DNA of 64,000 bases, from contig JBGPGO010000015.1 in the NCBI GenBank assembly GCA_041483895.1, positions 6,526 through 70,525 on the forward strand, written 5' to 3'. This DNA is from Fimbriimonadia bacterium (GTDB lineage: Bacteria; Armatimonadota; Fimbriimonadia; Fimbriimonadales; JABRVX01). A program made the position numbers and the translations under genes. The notes beneath the pieces were generated by a model. The model had not been told where the DNA came from, searched no databases, and saw nothing but the letters and a program-made list of their open reading frames with translations. This document shows positions 27,827 through 36,833 of this stretch, in pieces (within the stretch, counting starts at the first letter, position 1; each line of letters opens with the position of its first letter).

Positions 27827-28968
27827 TTGGAGTGATGCCCCCATATCCCAAGGCCGATTACCGCGATGACCGCGACCGCGCCCGTCGTCAGCCATCCACG
27901 CCGCAAGTAAATCTGCCGCCCGGGCTTGCGATCGAGGAAGGGTAGGAAGAGAAACCCAAGAGCGGCGAGCCCTATCAGAAGTACTGATATCGTTTTACCC
28001 GTCCCGAAAAAGTCTCCAAGCACGGGAACGCTCTTTAATGAAGTCGTGCTTGGGAACAACTTGAGAAGCTGATACGACGGAAGAAAGTACCATTCGGGTT
28101 TGATATGTTGCGGTGTGGTTGTGGGGTCGGCTTTGGCTTCCAAGTGAGGCGGCATGAAAGCAACAAGGAGGAACAGGACGCCAAGCACAAAGCAGAAACC
28201 GATCCCCTCCCGCAGAACATGATTCGGGAAAAAGGGCTCGCGACCGGAAACATCGTCCTTGTCATGACTCCCTGCATCTTCGTCCGGCTCCAATGGAGAT
28301 TCCGTCATACCGAGCTTTCGCTCGACCAGAAAGTGTACGCCAAGAAGAAGCACCGCTAGGAGCGGCAGTATCAACGTGTGCGCAGTGTAGAAACGGGCCA
28401 GGGTCTCTCCTGTCGTCGCTTCGCCGCCTCGCATCACGACGAGCAGCCAATGGCCAATGTACGGAACCGCATCCGTCAATTCCGTTCCCACGGTGGTCGC
28501 CCAGTAAGCAATCTGGTCCCAGGGTAAGAGGTATCCGGTAAAGCCAAAACCGAGGGCCGCGAACAGCAGCAAGGCGCCGGTGATCCAGTTCATTTCGCGA
28601 GGCCGCTTGTATGCTCCGTAGATGAACACGCGAACCATATGGGCGAACAGAACGATCAGCATGGCCGTAGCGCCCCAAGCGTGAAGACCCCGAATCAACC
28701 ATCCGTAGGAAGTCACATTCGTAACGTATCGTACACTCTCATAGGCGGTGCCGGGGCTCGGTCGGTAATACAGCGCAAGCAGAATGCCGGTCACAACCTG
28801 CATCCCAAACAGGAGGAACGTGAGTCCGCCGAGGGTATGGGACCAATTGACGGATTTCGGCATCGGATACTTCAGAACCCCAGTTATGCCGAGCCGAGCA
28901 TCAAACCAGCCGTAAATGCGCTGCGGCAAACGTGGTCGAGGCTCCAAGCTTGTTCCGTTTATCGCCAT
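27823..28968 (-). CDS. cytochrome b (fused b6 + subunit IV type) of a bc-type complex
   Basis: Start moved to ATG 28968, 3 nt after the Rieske stop. LFGMQVVTGILLALYYRP, LHAWGATAMLIVLFAHM, and the PEWYFLP Qo-site motif. Confidence 0.88.
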   Translation of the reverse strand: MAINGTSLEPRPRLPQRIYGWFDARLGITGVLKYPMPKSVNWSHTLGGLTFLLFGMQVVTGILLALYYRPSPGTAYESVRYVTNVTSYGWLIRGLHAWGATAMLIVLFAHMVRVFIYGAYKRPREMNWITGALLLFAALGFGFTGYLLPWDQIAYWATTVGTELTDAVPYIGHWLLVVMRGGEATTGETLARFYTAHTLILPLLAVLLLGVHFLVERKLGMTESPLEPDEDAGSHDKDDVSGREPFFPNHVLREGIGFCFVLGVLFLLVAFMPPHLEAKADPTTTPQHIKPEWYFLPSYQLLKLFPSTTSLKSVPVLGDFFGTGKTISVLLIGLAALGFLFLPFLDRKPGRQIYLRRGWLTTGAVAVIAVIGLGIWGHHSK

Positions 28969-28970
28969 TT

Positions 28971-29450
28971 CTAGCCTTTCAAGTAGATTTTGCCGCCCTT
29001 CACGATTGTGGCAGCGGCAACGAGCGGTGACGGAGCAGGACCGGAGATGACATTCCCATTCGCATCGAACTGCGCTCCATGGCAAGGGCATTTAAAATAG
29101 CGAGAGCCTTCGATCCACTCAACGATGCAGCCGGCATGGGTGCACTTTGCATTAAATGACTTGAACCCGTCATCTACGTGCAGCACCCAATACGTCACTC
29201 CGTCGGCGAAGAATTTGGTGCCCTTTCCGATGGCCAGGTTCGCGACGGGACCGACCTCAATCTCATCGCCGGCGCCTTGGACCCCTCGGCGAGGAGGATA
29301 AATGAAACGAACGAAAGCGTTGACGACACCGGCGCCAAGAACGACGAGCGCGCCGAGCAAGGAGATGTTTGCAAGAGCTTCACGCCTCCCGATTGTTTTT
29401 GAGGCCTTTTGGCCACTACCATCATCCATTACCACTGTACATCCTCCCAT
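28971..29450 (-). CDS. Rieske 2Fe-2S subunit
   Basis: CTHAGC...CPCHGAQF cluster-binding boxes with an N-terminal TM anchor. The start is ambiguous: ATG 29450, GTG 29435 or ATG 29429. Confidence 0.85.
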   Translation of the reverse strand: MGGCTVVMDDGSGQKASKTIGRREALANISLLGALVVLGAGVVNAFVRFIYPPRRGVQGAGDEIEVGPVANLAIGKGTKFFADGVTYWVLHVDDGFKSFNAKCTHAGCIVEWIEGSRYFKCPCHGAQFDANGNVISGPAPSPLVAAATIVKGGKIYLKG

Positions 29451-29829
29451 TCACCCGTTTTGCGCGAAGCCACTCATGAGCCGCCCCGACTTCAAACTCG
29501 TAGTCGGGGCCCGGTTGACCGTGACTCGGACCGTTTCCTGAATTCGCAGGTTCGATTGGATGTCCTTCCGGCACACGCCATTTGCCTGGCTGCTGGGTTC
29601 AAAAAACGGCCCATTTTGAGAAGACCATTACAGGCTTGCCGGAATCCTATCACAATCAGTTAGCCCTCCGCTGTCGCGAAAAAAAAGGACAGACGGAGAG
29701 CGAATTGTTACCGGACTGTACTTCAAAGCGGTTCTGGCTCAGACTTTGAGAAGACCTGTGCCCACCGACCAAGAATCCCACTCACCAGCGAATCGGAGGC
29801 GCTGAAGGCGGCGCGGGGTCAATCAGCCT

Positions 29830-30900
29830 TCACTTGCCCTTCGTCGGCAGCTCGCGTTGGTCGGCGTCGTGTTCGATATCATTCAGAATGGACGTAAGGT
29901 CTGCTTTGTGTTCCGGATCGGACGCATGATCAATCAAGTATCGTATTGCGGCAGTGTGCGTCAGCTTCAATGAGGTGGCAGGATCAGCCTTCACATCCGG
30001 CTGTACTCCCACGCCTTCCCAATTGGTGTGCGAATACGGGTTCACCGCCCGGCCACTGGGGATAAAGCATGCGAAGTGGTCCCCCAATCGCACCATGCCA
30101 CCGGGATTCGCCCCACCCCAAGTCGGCTCCCCGATGATCGTTCCGCGCTTGAGCTGCTGAAAATTGTACGCGCACTCCTCCGCGCCGGACCCGGTCCGCT
30201 TGCTTGTTAGAACATAGACGGGCAGGTCGGGAAATCGCGGTCCATCCACTTTCGCAAGCGTCCAAAATTCCGTCTTCGTAATCTTATCTTTGTTGCGGAA
30301 CTCGATCGTGTTCAGAAGTACCGGTTTGGCGCCAAAGAAGTGGCTGCAGAACAGTTTCACACCTTCCGGATCACCGCCACCATTGGTCCGCAGATCGATG
30401 ATCATGGCGTCCGCGTTCGCGAGAAACTCCATGGCCGCAACGACCGGCCGAGCCATGTCTTGCGGCGGGGCGAATCCATTGAACTTGATATATCCGACAT
30501 TTCCACGCAATCGCTCGATCCGTTCGAAATTCGCATTCACAAATCTGGTCTCATCCTGATATCGCTTGAGCTCGTCTTTGGACGGCTCCCTCGCACTTCT
30601 TCGCTCCGGCAGCTTTTGCTCACTGTACCGGAATCGAAGATGCGCATCCGTCACCTGTTCCTTGAGAATCTCATTGACCCGCATGGCAAACTTCACCGGA
30701 TCGTTGATGCTCGCGCATTCATCGGCCTTGATCCAGTCCTCCATCTTTGACTCGATCTTCTTCGCGGCGTCCATGTCGATATACAGATCGTTCATCTGAT
30801 GAATCATCTCATGGATCGTATCGGTCTTAACCTGTTGGGTCAGCTGGAAGGGCGCGGCCTGTTGTAGCAGCAAGGCTCCCAACAAAACGATGATATTCAT
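29830..30900 (-). CDS. S41-family peptidase (secreted)
   Basis: Signal MNIIVLLGALLLQQA. IIDLRTNGGGD and VYVLTSKRTGSGAEECAYNFQQLKRGTIIGEPTWGG are typical S41 motifs. Confidence 0.85.
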   Translation of the reverse strand: MNIIVLLGALLLQQAAPFQLTQQVKTDTIHEMIHQMNDLYIDMDAAKKIESKMEDWIKADECASINDPVKFAMRVNEILKEQVTDAHLRFRYSEQKLPERRSAREPSKDELKRYQDETRFVNANFERIERLRGNVGYIKFNGFAPPQDMARPVVAAMEFLANADAMIIDLRTNGGGDPEGVKLFCSHFFGAKPVLLNTIEFRNKDKITKTEFWTLAKVDGPRFPDLPVYVLTSKRTGSGAEECAYNFQQLKRGTIIGEPTWGGANPGGMVRLGDHFACFIPSGRAVNPYSHTNWEGVGVQPDVKADPATSLKLTHTAAIRYLIDHASDPEHKADLTSILNDIEHDADQRELPTKGK

Positions 30901-31544
30901 GCTCTAGCTCCTCTGGTGTGATTTGTCGCGCCGAGCAGCAGCAGCGCGATCATGTGATCGAGCCCGCGCGCGATGGTCTCGGGAGATCCCAATTCTCGAA
31001 CGCTCAGGCTATAGGGTAGAAATGCGTTGGTCGCGAGCAGAAATGTCTCGGCGGTTTTCTGCGGGTCGAATCGGGAGAACTCGCCGGTCCCCATGCCCGC
31101 TCGCAACATGCCGGCCACTAAATCTCGTTCCACGTCGAAAAACCGGACCCGCAGCTCCATGTACGCCGGCCGAACCACGGCAAACAGATCGTCGAGGCTG
31201 TGCGCATAGTCCTGCACCTGCTCGACACGCGCCAGGACCCGGCGGCGCAGCATCTCCCGCAGCCGCTCCGAAACCGATGCCCTGCCCGCCGCAATCGCGC
31301 GCATCTCCGCATGGGCCTGCTCCACCACCCGGCTGATTGAGGAAAGGCCGAGGTCCTCTTTGCCGGAGAAGTAGACGTAGATTGTCCGCTTGCTGACTCC
31401 GGCCTCCTTCGCCACATCGTCCATCGTCATCTTTTGGAACCCGTACCGGGCCATCAGCCGATTCGCGGCATCGAGGATCGCGTCGCTGGTATTCGTCTGT
31501 TTTGGCGTTGCGGTGGTCATACGGTTCATATTACGCAACTGCAC
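30897..31544 (-). CDS. TetR/AcrR-family transcriptional regulator
   Basis: N-terminal HTH FQKMTMDDVAKEAGVSKRTIYVYFSGKEDL. The stop overlaps the S41 start. Confidence 0.85.
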   Translation of the reverse strand: MQLRNMNRMTTATPKQTNTSDAILDAANRLMARYGFQKMTMDDVAKEAGVSKRTIYVYFSGKEDLGLSSISRVVEQAHAEMRAIAAGRASVSERLREMLRRRVLARVEQVQDYAHSLDDLFAVVRPAYMELRVRFFDVERDLVAGMLRAGMGTGEFSRFDPQKTAETFLLATNAFLPYSLSVRELGSPETIARGLDHMIALLLLGATNHTRGARA

Positions 31545-31624
31545 GAACTAAGTGTTTCATGCAATTTGAATTCGGGACTTTCGGCCCGGCCCGATTCGGC
31601 CTGAGAAGGCAGTAGAATCCCCCC

Positions 31625-32101
31625 GTGAACCCAGTCGATCCCCGTGTCCGCATCGGCCACGTCCATCTGAAGGTCGCCGACCTCGATCGAGCGATTGCTT
31701 TCTACTCCGGGGTGCTTGGCTTCGAGTTGAGGCAGCGGATGGGAAGCCAGGCCGCATTCCTTGCCGCAGGCGATTATCACCACCACATCGGCCTGAATAC
31801 TTGGGAGAGCAAAGGCGGTTCCCCGCCACCGCCGGCTAGCACGGGTCTCTACCACATTGCCATCCTCTACCCAACCCGCGCCGCATTGGCCGACGCGCTT
31901 CGCAGGCTCACTGGCGCCGGCATTCGGCTGGAAGGCGCGACCGACCACGGCGTCAGCGAAGCCCTCTACCTGACCGATCCCGATGGCAACGGCCTGGAAC
32001 TCTATTGGGACAAGCCGAAGGAACAGTGGCCGTTGGACGCGAATGGGGAGATAGCGATGGTGAGCGAGCCGCTGAATTTGGAGGACCTCCTTCGGCAATG
32101 A
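31625..32101 (+). CDS. VOC (glyoxalase/dioxygenase) family protein
   Basis: GTG start. IGHVHLKVADLDRAIAFYSGVLGF plus a second module, HIAILYP...SEALYLTDPDGNGLELY. Confidence 0.8.
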   Translation: MNPVDPRVRIGHVHLKVADLDRAIAFYSGVLGFELRQRMGSQAAFLAAGDYHHHIGLNTWESKGGSPPPPASTGLYHIAILYPTRAALADALRRLTGAGIRLEGATDHGVSEALYLTDPDGNGLELYWDKPKEQWPLDANGEIAMVSEPLNLEDLLRQ

Positions 32102-33504
32102 TCTTGAAACGTTTCTACGACGACAAATTGGCGCAGGCAAGCTTCCTGATCGGCTGCGGCAAGTCTGGCGAGGCCTGTATCATCGATCCGAATCGGGATA
32201 TCGAACAATACATCGAGGCCGCCGCAAGCGAAGGGCTGAAGATCAAGGCAGTGACGGAAACGCACATCCACGCGGACTTTGTCTCCGGCAGCAGAGAGCT
32301 GGCCGAAAAGACCGGCGCGCGTCTCTATCTCAGCGACGAAGGGGACGCGGATTGGAAATATGGATTTGCCAATCAGCCCAACGTAACCCTTGTCCTAGAC
32401 GGCGACAGAATCAGGATCGGTAATGTCCGGCTCGATGTGATCAAGACCCCCGGTCACACACCGGAGCACATCAGCTTCCTCCTCACCGATGAAGCATCTT
32501 CCCCTCAGCCGCTCGGCGCGTTCACCGGCGACTTCATTTTCGTCGGCGACGTCGGCCGCCCGGACCTCCTCGAGCGCGCCGCGGGATTTGAAGGCACGAT
32601 GGAAAAGGGGGCACGCATCCTGTATAAATCGCTGACAGATTTCAAGAAAATGCCGGACACGCTGATCCTATGGCCCTCCCACGGATCCGGCAGCGCCTGC
32701 GGCAAGAATCTCGGAGGCGTCCCGATCAGCACATTGGGTTACGAGAAAAACGCGAACTGGGCATTCCGCGCACCCGACGAACAGACCTTCACCGCCACGG
32801 TCCTGCAAGGCCAGCCCGATCCGCCCGCCTATTTCAAGCACATGAAGCGCATCAACCGGGACGGCCCTCCCATTCTCGGCCCATTCCGAATGCCGCGCAG
32901 CTTGGAAGCCGACCAAATCATAGCGCTGTTGGGAGGCGGAGCAACCGTGATCGATATCCGCCCAACCGAAGAGGTCGCCTCCGGATTCATCCCCGGCACT
33001 ATAACCATTGCGCTCGGCAAATCCTTCCCCAACTGGGCCGGATGGCTAACCCCCTACGATCAACCAGTCTATCTGCTTGGCAGCAAGGAGGCAGTTGAAG
33101 AGGCGGCAAAAGATCTTCGCAAAATCGGCCTCGACAATATCGGCGGCTGGTTTGGGCAAGACGCCCTTGCCCATTGCCAACAGCACGGAAAGATAGAGAC
33201 AATCGGCCAAATCTCTGCGACCGACGCTGCGTCCAGAAGCGATGCCGCAATTCTCGACGTCCGCAGCGCCTCAGAATACAGCGAAGGACACATTCCCGAA
33301 GCGATAAACATCCCTCTCGGCCACCTGCAATCCCGGATCGCCGAAGTTCCCAATGGCCGCCACCTAATCGTTCATTGCCAAGGCGGCACCCGCTCCCCAA
33401 TCGCTGCCAGCCTGCTGGCGAAACTCGGGAGGCCGGGCGCAATCAACATGACGGACGGGTTCATGGACTGGGAGAGCCGCGGACTGCCGATCGAGCGCAC
33501 GTAG
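32098..33504 (+). CDS. MBL-fold hydrolase (persulfide-dioxygenase-like) fused to two rhodanese domains
   Basis: Start moved to ATG 32098 (ATGA overlap with the VOC stop). TETHIHADFVSG, TPGHTPEH, then two rhodanese-like modules. The last has the active-site loop VHCQGGTRS. Confidence 0.85.
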   Translation: MILKRFYDDKLAQASFLIGCGKSGEACIIDPNRDIEQYIEAAASEGLKIKAVTETHIHADFVSGSRELAEKTGARLYLSDEGDADWKYGFANQPNVTLVLDGDRIRIGNVRLDVIKTPGHTPEHISFLLTDEASSPQPLGAFTGDFIFVGDVGRPDLLERAAGFEGTMEKGARILYKSLTDFKKMPDTLILWPSHGSGSACGKNLGGVPISTLGYEKNANWAFRAPDEQTFTATVLQGQPDPPAYFKHMKRINRDGPPILGPFRMPRSLEADQIIALLGGGATVIDIRPTEEVASGFIPGTITIALGKSFPNWAGWLTPYDQPVYLLGSKEAVEEAAKDLRKIGLDNIGGWFGQDALAHCQQHGKIETIGQISATDAASRSDAAILDVRSASEYSEGHIPEAINIPLGHLQSRIAEVPNGRHLIVHCQGGTRSPIAASLLAKLGRPGAINMTDGFMDWESRGLPIERT

Positions 33505-33526
33505 TCGAATGCGGCTGTCAAGAACG

Positions 33527-34183
33527 TCATTTGGTTTCATGTTTCTTTCCTAACTGAAACGTATAGGAGAGGTCCACAAATAGCCCGTCTCCCGCAGATC
33601 GTTCGTTCGGTACCATTTCACCAATCGCCAACGCGGCACTGTCGCTCATGTTCCACTGAATTCCGACGGTGGTGAAATTGTCGTTCCCCGTTATCGTATC
33701 CACCTGCAGTACGAGATTGTTGTGCGTTGCATACTCCAAACCGAACATAGCCGAGTCCGAATCACCCCGCGTCCAACCGATGTGGAGCCGCACAGGACGA
33801 ATGTTCAGCGATGCAGCAGCATAGGGCTGTTCTCCGAACGACCGCACACCCACGTTCTCGTACCCGATCGCCGCCGAATAGAAGCCATTCTGAATGATCG
33901 ATAGACTGATATTGGGGGATCCTGCCGCTGTTCCCGTCGTCAGGAAATCCGCGCCGATGGTCAGCCTGTTCGTCAAGCCAAACCGCAGCCCCAAGATGGC
34001 GAATGTATCGGCGGAATTCAACACTCGGGCGCCATTCAGTTGGTAGTCCGCCGCTATCAGTCCCGGAGGAAGCACATCGCCGGACGGGATGGAGAACAGG
34101 CCTTGTCCGAACACCGAACTGCCGATCGAAGCCAACAAGACAACCCCGAGCCCCTTGTTCAAATTACTTCCTCCATCCTTCAC
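33527..34183 (-). CDS. hypothetical protein, possibly an outer-membrane beta-barrel
   Basis: Signal-like LGVVLLASIGSSVFGQ. Alternating hydrophobic pattern and an aromatic-rich C-terminal strand (VDLSYTFQL). Confidence 0.5.
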   Translation of the reverse strand: MKDGGSNLNKGLGVVLLASIGSSVFGQGLFSIPSGDVLPPGLIAADYQLNGARVLNSADTFAILGLRFGLTNRLTIGADFLTTGTAAGSPNISLSIIQNGFYSAAIGYENVGVRSFGEQPYAAASLNIRPVRLHIGWTRGDSDSAMFGLEYATHNNLVLQVDTITGNDNFTTVGIQWNMSDSAALAIGEMVPNERSAGDGLFVDLSYTFQLGKKHETK

Positions 34184-34223
34184 ACCTGCATGCCATTCAC
34201 GTTTGCGCTCGGCAACGCATCTC

Positions 34224-36770
34224 TTAGCGAAAGCCGAAGGTCTGAAATTTCCAGGGCTTCAAATCGAACGTCATCACGCCTTCCTTCAGCAGTGCACCTT
34301 TCGATGGGTTCCCAAGAAGATCGGTAGCCGTTGCGCCTTTCACGGCAAATCCGAACTTAACGCGGGCCGCGCCTTCCTTGCCGTCCGTCTCCACCAACCG
34401 CATCTCAAATCCCAAGGCAGTCTTTCGAAGTTCGCTCAATTGCACATTGCCGGGTTCCACCGAAACGAAGCTGCGCGCTGTCGGCAGCGTTCCGTTTGCC
34501 GGCTTGCCCACATGAACGATCAGCTTTTGCGTAAAGTCATTCGCCGCGCGAAGCCGATCGGCGTTCGTGATCGCGGCGTGCGGCAGCAGCGCGTGCCGAT
34601 ATTCCGCATAGCGCGGCCAACCGTAATCCCCCGTGAAGCGCGATTCCCATTCGCGCATGATCAGGTTGGAAACCACTCCCTTCTCATCGATCTTAAACCA
34701 TTGAGTCCCCTCGTGCAGCACCAGAAGCCCCGAATCCTTCCCCTCCAAATCCGCGAACGTCAGGGCATGAAACTCCTTGTGAATCGTAGGCTCGACAGCC
34801 ATAGCATAGTCACGCAATACGGTTGTCGGCTGGAAGTTCGGCATGAAATCAAGATAGTATCCTCCGACGATATCCGGCGGCGAATCGTCCGGCTTGGGCG
34901 GCATCATCGGTAGCAGTCGCGTGACAACTTCGGCATAGGGCTTGCCTGCGGCCAGCGTCACCTGAGTCTCATAGGTGGTGTTATCCCAAACATGATGCGC
35001 CTTGAGAGTCGCGAAAACCGGACCCTTCTTCACCCAGGTTAGCACTGCCCTGGTTTTGTTCCCATCATAATCCGCAGCGATGTTCGGACGAAGTGGGAAC
35101 GACTGATTCGGTTTGGCGCGATAGATCGGAAACATATCGCCGTCCTGCGCGATCATCTCTTTTCCAAGCCGCTTGTCAAATAAGCTCCGTATCGCCCCGA
35201 TCTGCGGATCAATCTGTATCCAGATGTACTCATTCTCCATCGTCAAATTCTTTTCGTCGATTTGCAGCAGCGAGGTCGCGATTTCCGGAGAGAACACCAG
35301 ATAGTATGTCGAATATCCAACGCTTGGAGCGGAAGCGTTGAATGCCACATTGACCATCTCCAACTTCCCGTCTTTATCCCGTTGCGATCCGACTATCTGC
35401 GACGGTATGTCCCGGCCATTTTGATCAACCACGGACACATCGTTTACCTTCGCGGGAAGCGGATACAATCGCCCGGTTTCAACCACATCATTGCGGTCCC
35501 ACGGCGAGGGATTGAATACAGTAATCGCAAGCCGACCTTCGCCCGATGATTTCACCCGCCCAGCCAGGAAACTGGTCGCAGATTCCAAGACTGACGTTGC
35601 CGTCCCTTCCGCCGAATCGGCCAAGTTGTAACCCAGCGCCCCCCATGTAAAATTATGTTTGTCCTCGATTCGATCCAACGGCGCCATCCGGTCCTGCTGC
35701 CACCGGGAATACTCGCACAGCCCAACATCATGACTCTGCGACGCGAGAAGATCCTTCCAAGCCTCATCCAGTTCCTTCCAATGGGACGGAAACCCCATCG
35801 AAGACGCGATGGCATCGAAGCGTTCCGCAGCCAGCAGTTCCCCTTCCACTTTGCGTTGAAAAATCCGCACTTGGTCTCCGCCCAGTCCCCACGTCAGAGA
35901 CTTCGACCAGTCATCCATCCCAAACTTGCGTGTCTCCGTAGGATGGCCATACTTGTCCATATACTCTTTCAGCGTCACGTACTCCACAGGCGCCTGCTTC
36001 GAAATGTTCTTGTAATAGTCTGCCTGCCACGTATACGCCGGCGTCTCGTGCGGTTCCCAGCCAAACTCCTCCCACACCATCAGCAACGGCTTGCCGAGCT
36101 TGTCGAGATTCTTGTAGCCATCCGATGCGGAAAGCTGCTTCCAATCCAGCCCCGCGCGGAACAGTGCGTTCTTCGGCGTCGTCGGTATGGTTGAACCATC
36201 TTTCCCTTTCCAATTCAGCGAATTTAATTCTACCGTCGGCACGCCCGCCCGGCCCCACGTATCCACCTGCGCCAAACTCGCATATTTGTAGCCGGCGCTG
36301 ATCAAAATCTGCGGCAATTGTGGGTGGCTGAACTCCTCCTCTTCCAAGAAAGTGGTCATGTCGTAACCCAACGCCTGCTTAATGGCCACCCGCCCCATCA
36401 CCACCTGGCGAATATTCGATTCCCCACTAAACGTCGTCGCCATCGGCTGGCCATACGACCCCCCAATCAGTTCCAACTTCCCAGCGGCCAAATACTTCTT
36501 GAGCCGATCGGTGACTTCCGGGAAATGCTTCACCATCAGCTCGTACGCCCGCGCGTCCAGATTGATACAGGTCTTCACCCCCGCCCGGTCATACATCTCC
36601 ATCGCGTCCGTCACCGACAGCACATTGGATTCTAATCCCAACTGCCAACCGATACCGGTGTAGCTCCAATGGTTGCAAACCGTTACGCACAGTCCATCGC
36701 CCGGCTTATCCTGCTGGGCCGCCGGACCGACGAGCATCGCCAAGACCGGAAAAAGATATCGAAATTCCAT
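34224..36770 (-). CDS. secreted glycoside hydrolase-like protein (GH38-type N-terminal domain suspected)
   Basis: Start moved to ATG 36770 (signal MEFRYLFPVLAMLVGPAAQQ). The track's extension to 37193 overlaps the divergent GT gene. KLELIGGSYGQPMATTFSGESNIRQVVMG resembles the GH38 N-domain. Confidence 0.7.
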   Translation of the reverse strand: MEFRYLFPVLAMLVGPAAQQDKPGDGLCVTVCNHWSYTGIGWQLGLESNVLSVTDAMEMYDRAGVKTCINLDARAYELMVKHFPEVTDRLKKYLAAGKLELIGGSYGQPMATTFSGESNIRQVVMGRVAIKQALGYDMTTFLEEEEFSHPQLPQILISAGYKYASLAQVDTWGRAGVPTVELNSLNWKGKDGSTIPTTPKNALFRAGLDWKQLSASDGYKNLDKLGKPLLMVWEEFGWEPHETPAYTWQADYYKNISKQAPVEYVTLKEYMDKYGHPTETRKFGMDDWSKSLTWGLGGDQVRIFQRKVEGELLAAERFDAIASSMGFPSHWKELDEAWKDLLASQSHDVGLCEYSRWQQDRMAPLDRIEDKHNFTWGALGYNLADSAEGTATSVLESATSFLAGRVKSSGEGRLAITVFNPSPWDRNDVVETGRLYPLPAKVNDVSVVDQNGRDIPSQIVGSQRDKDGKLEMVNVAFNASAPSVGYSTYYLVFSPEIATSLLQIDEKNLTMENEYIWIQIDPQIGAIRSLFDKRLGKEMIAQDGDMFPIYRAKPNQSFPLRPNIAADYDGNKTRAVLTWVKKGPVFATLKAHHVWDNTTYETQVTLAAGKPYAEVVTRLLPMMPPKPDDSPPDIVGGYYLDFMPNFQPTTVLRDYAMAVEPTIHKEFHALTFADLEGKDSGLLVLHEGTQWFKIDEKGVVSNLIMREWESRFTGDYGWPRYAEYRHALLPHAAITNADRLRAANDFTQKLIVHVGKPANGTLPTARSFVSVEPGNVQLSELRKTALGFEMRLVETDGKEGAARVKFGFAVKGATATDLLGNPSKGALLKEGVMTFDLKPWKFQTFGFR

Positions 36771-36833
36771 ATCCCGAATTCTACCTGTAGCTTCGGCGCA
36801 GGAAACCCTGTGTCCCGTCGCGAACGAACACGC

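Noticed and set aside
27827-27895. 23-codon extension of the multihaem cytochrome ORF
   Set aside because: It overlaps the end of cytochrome b. The internal ATG gives an ATGA stop/start overlap and a normal N-terminal anchor. My hand indexing of this line disagreed by 1 nt with the ORF track, so I used the track's arithmetic.
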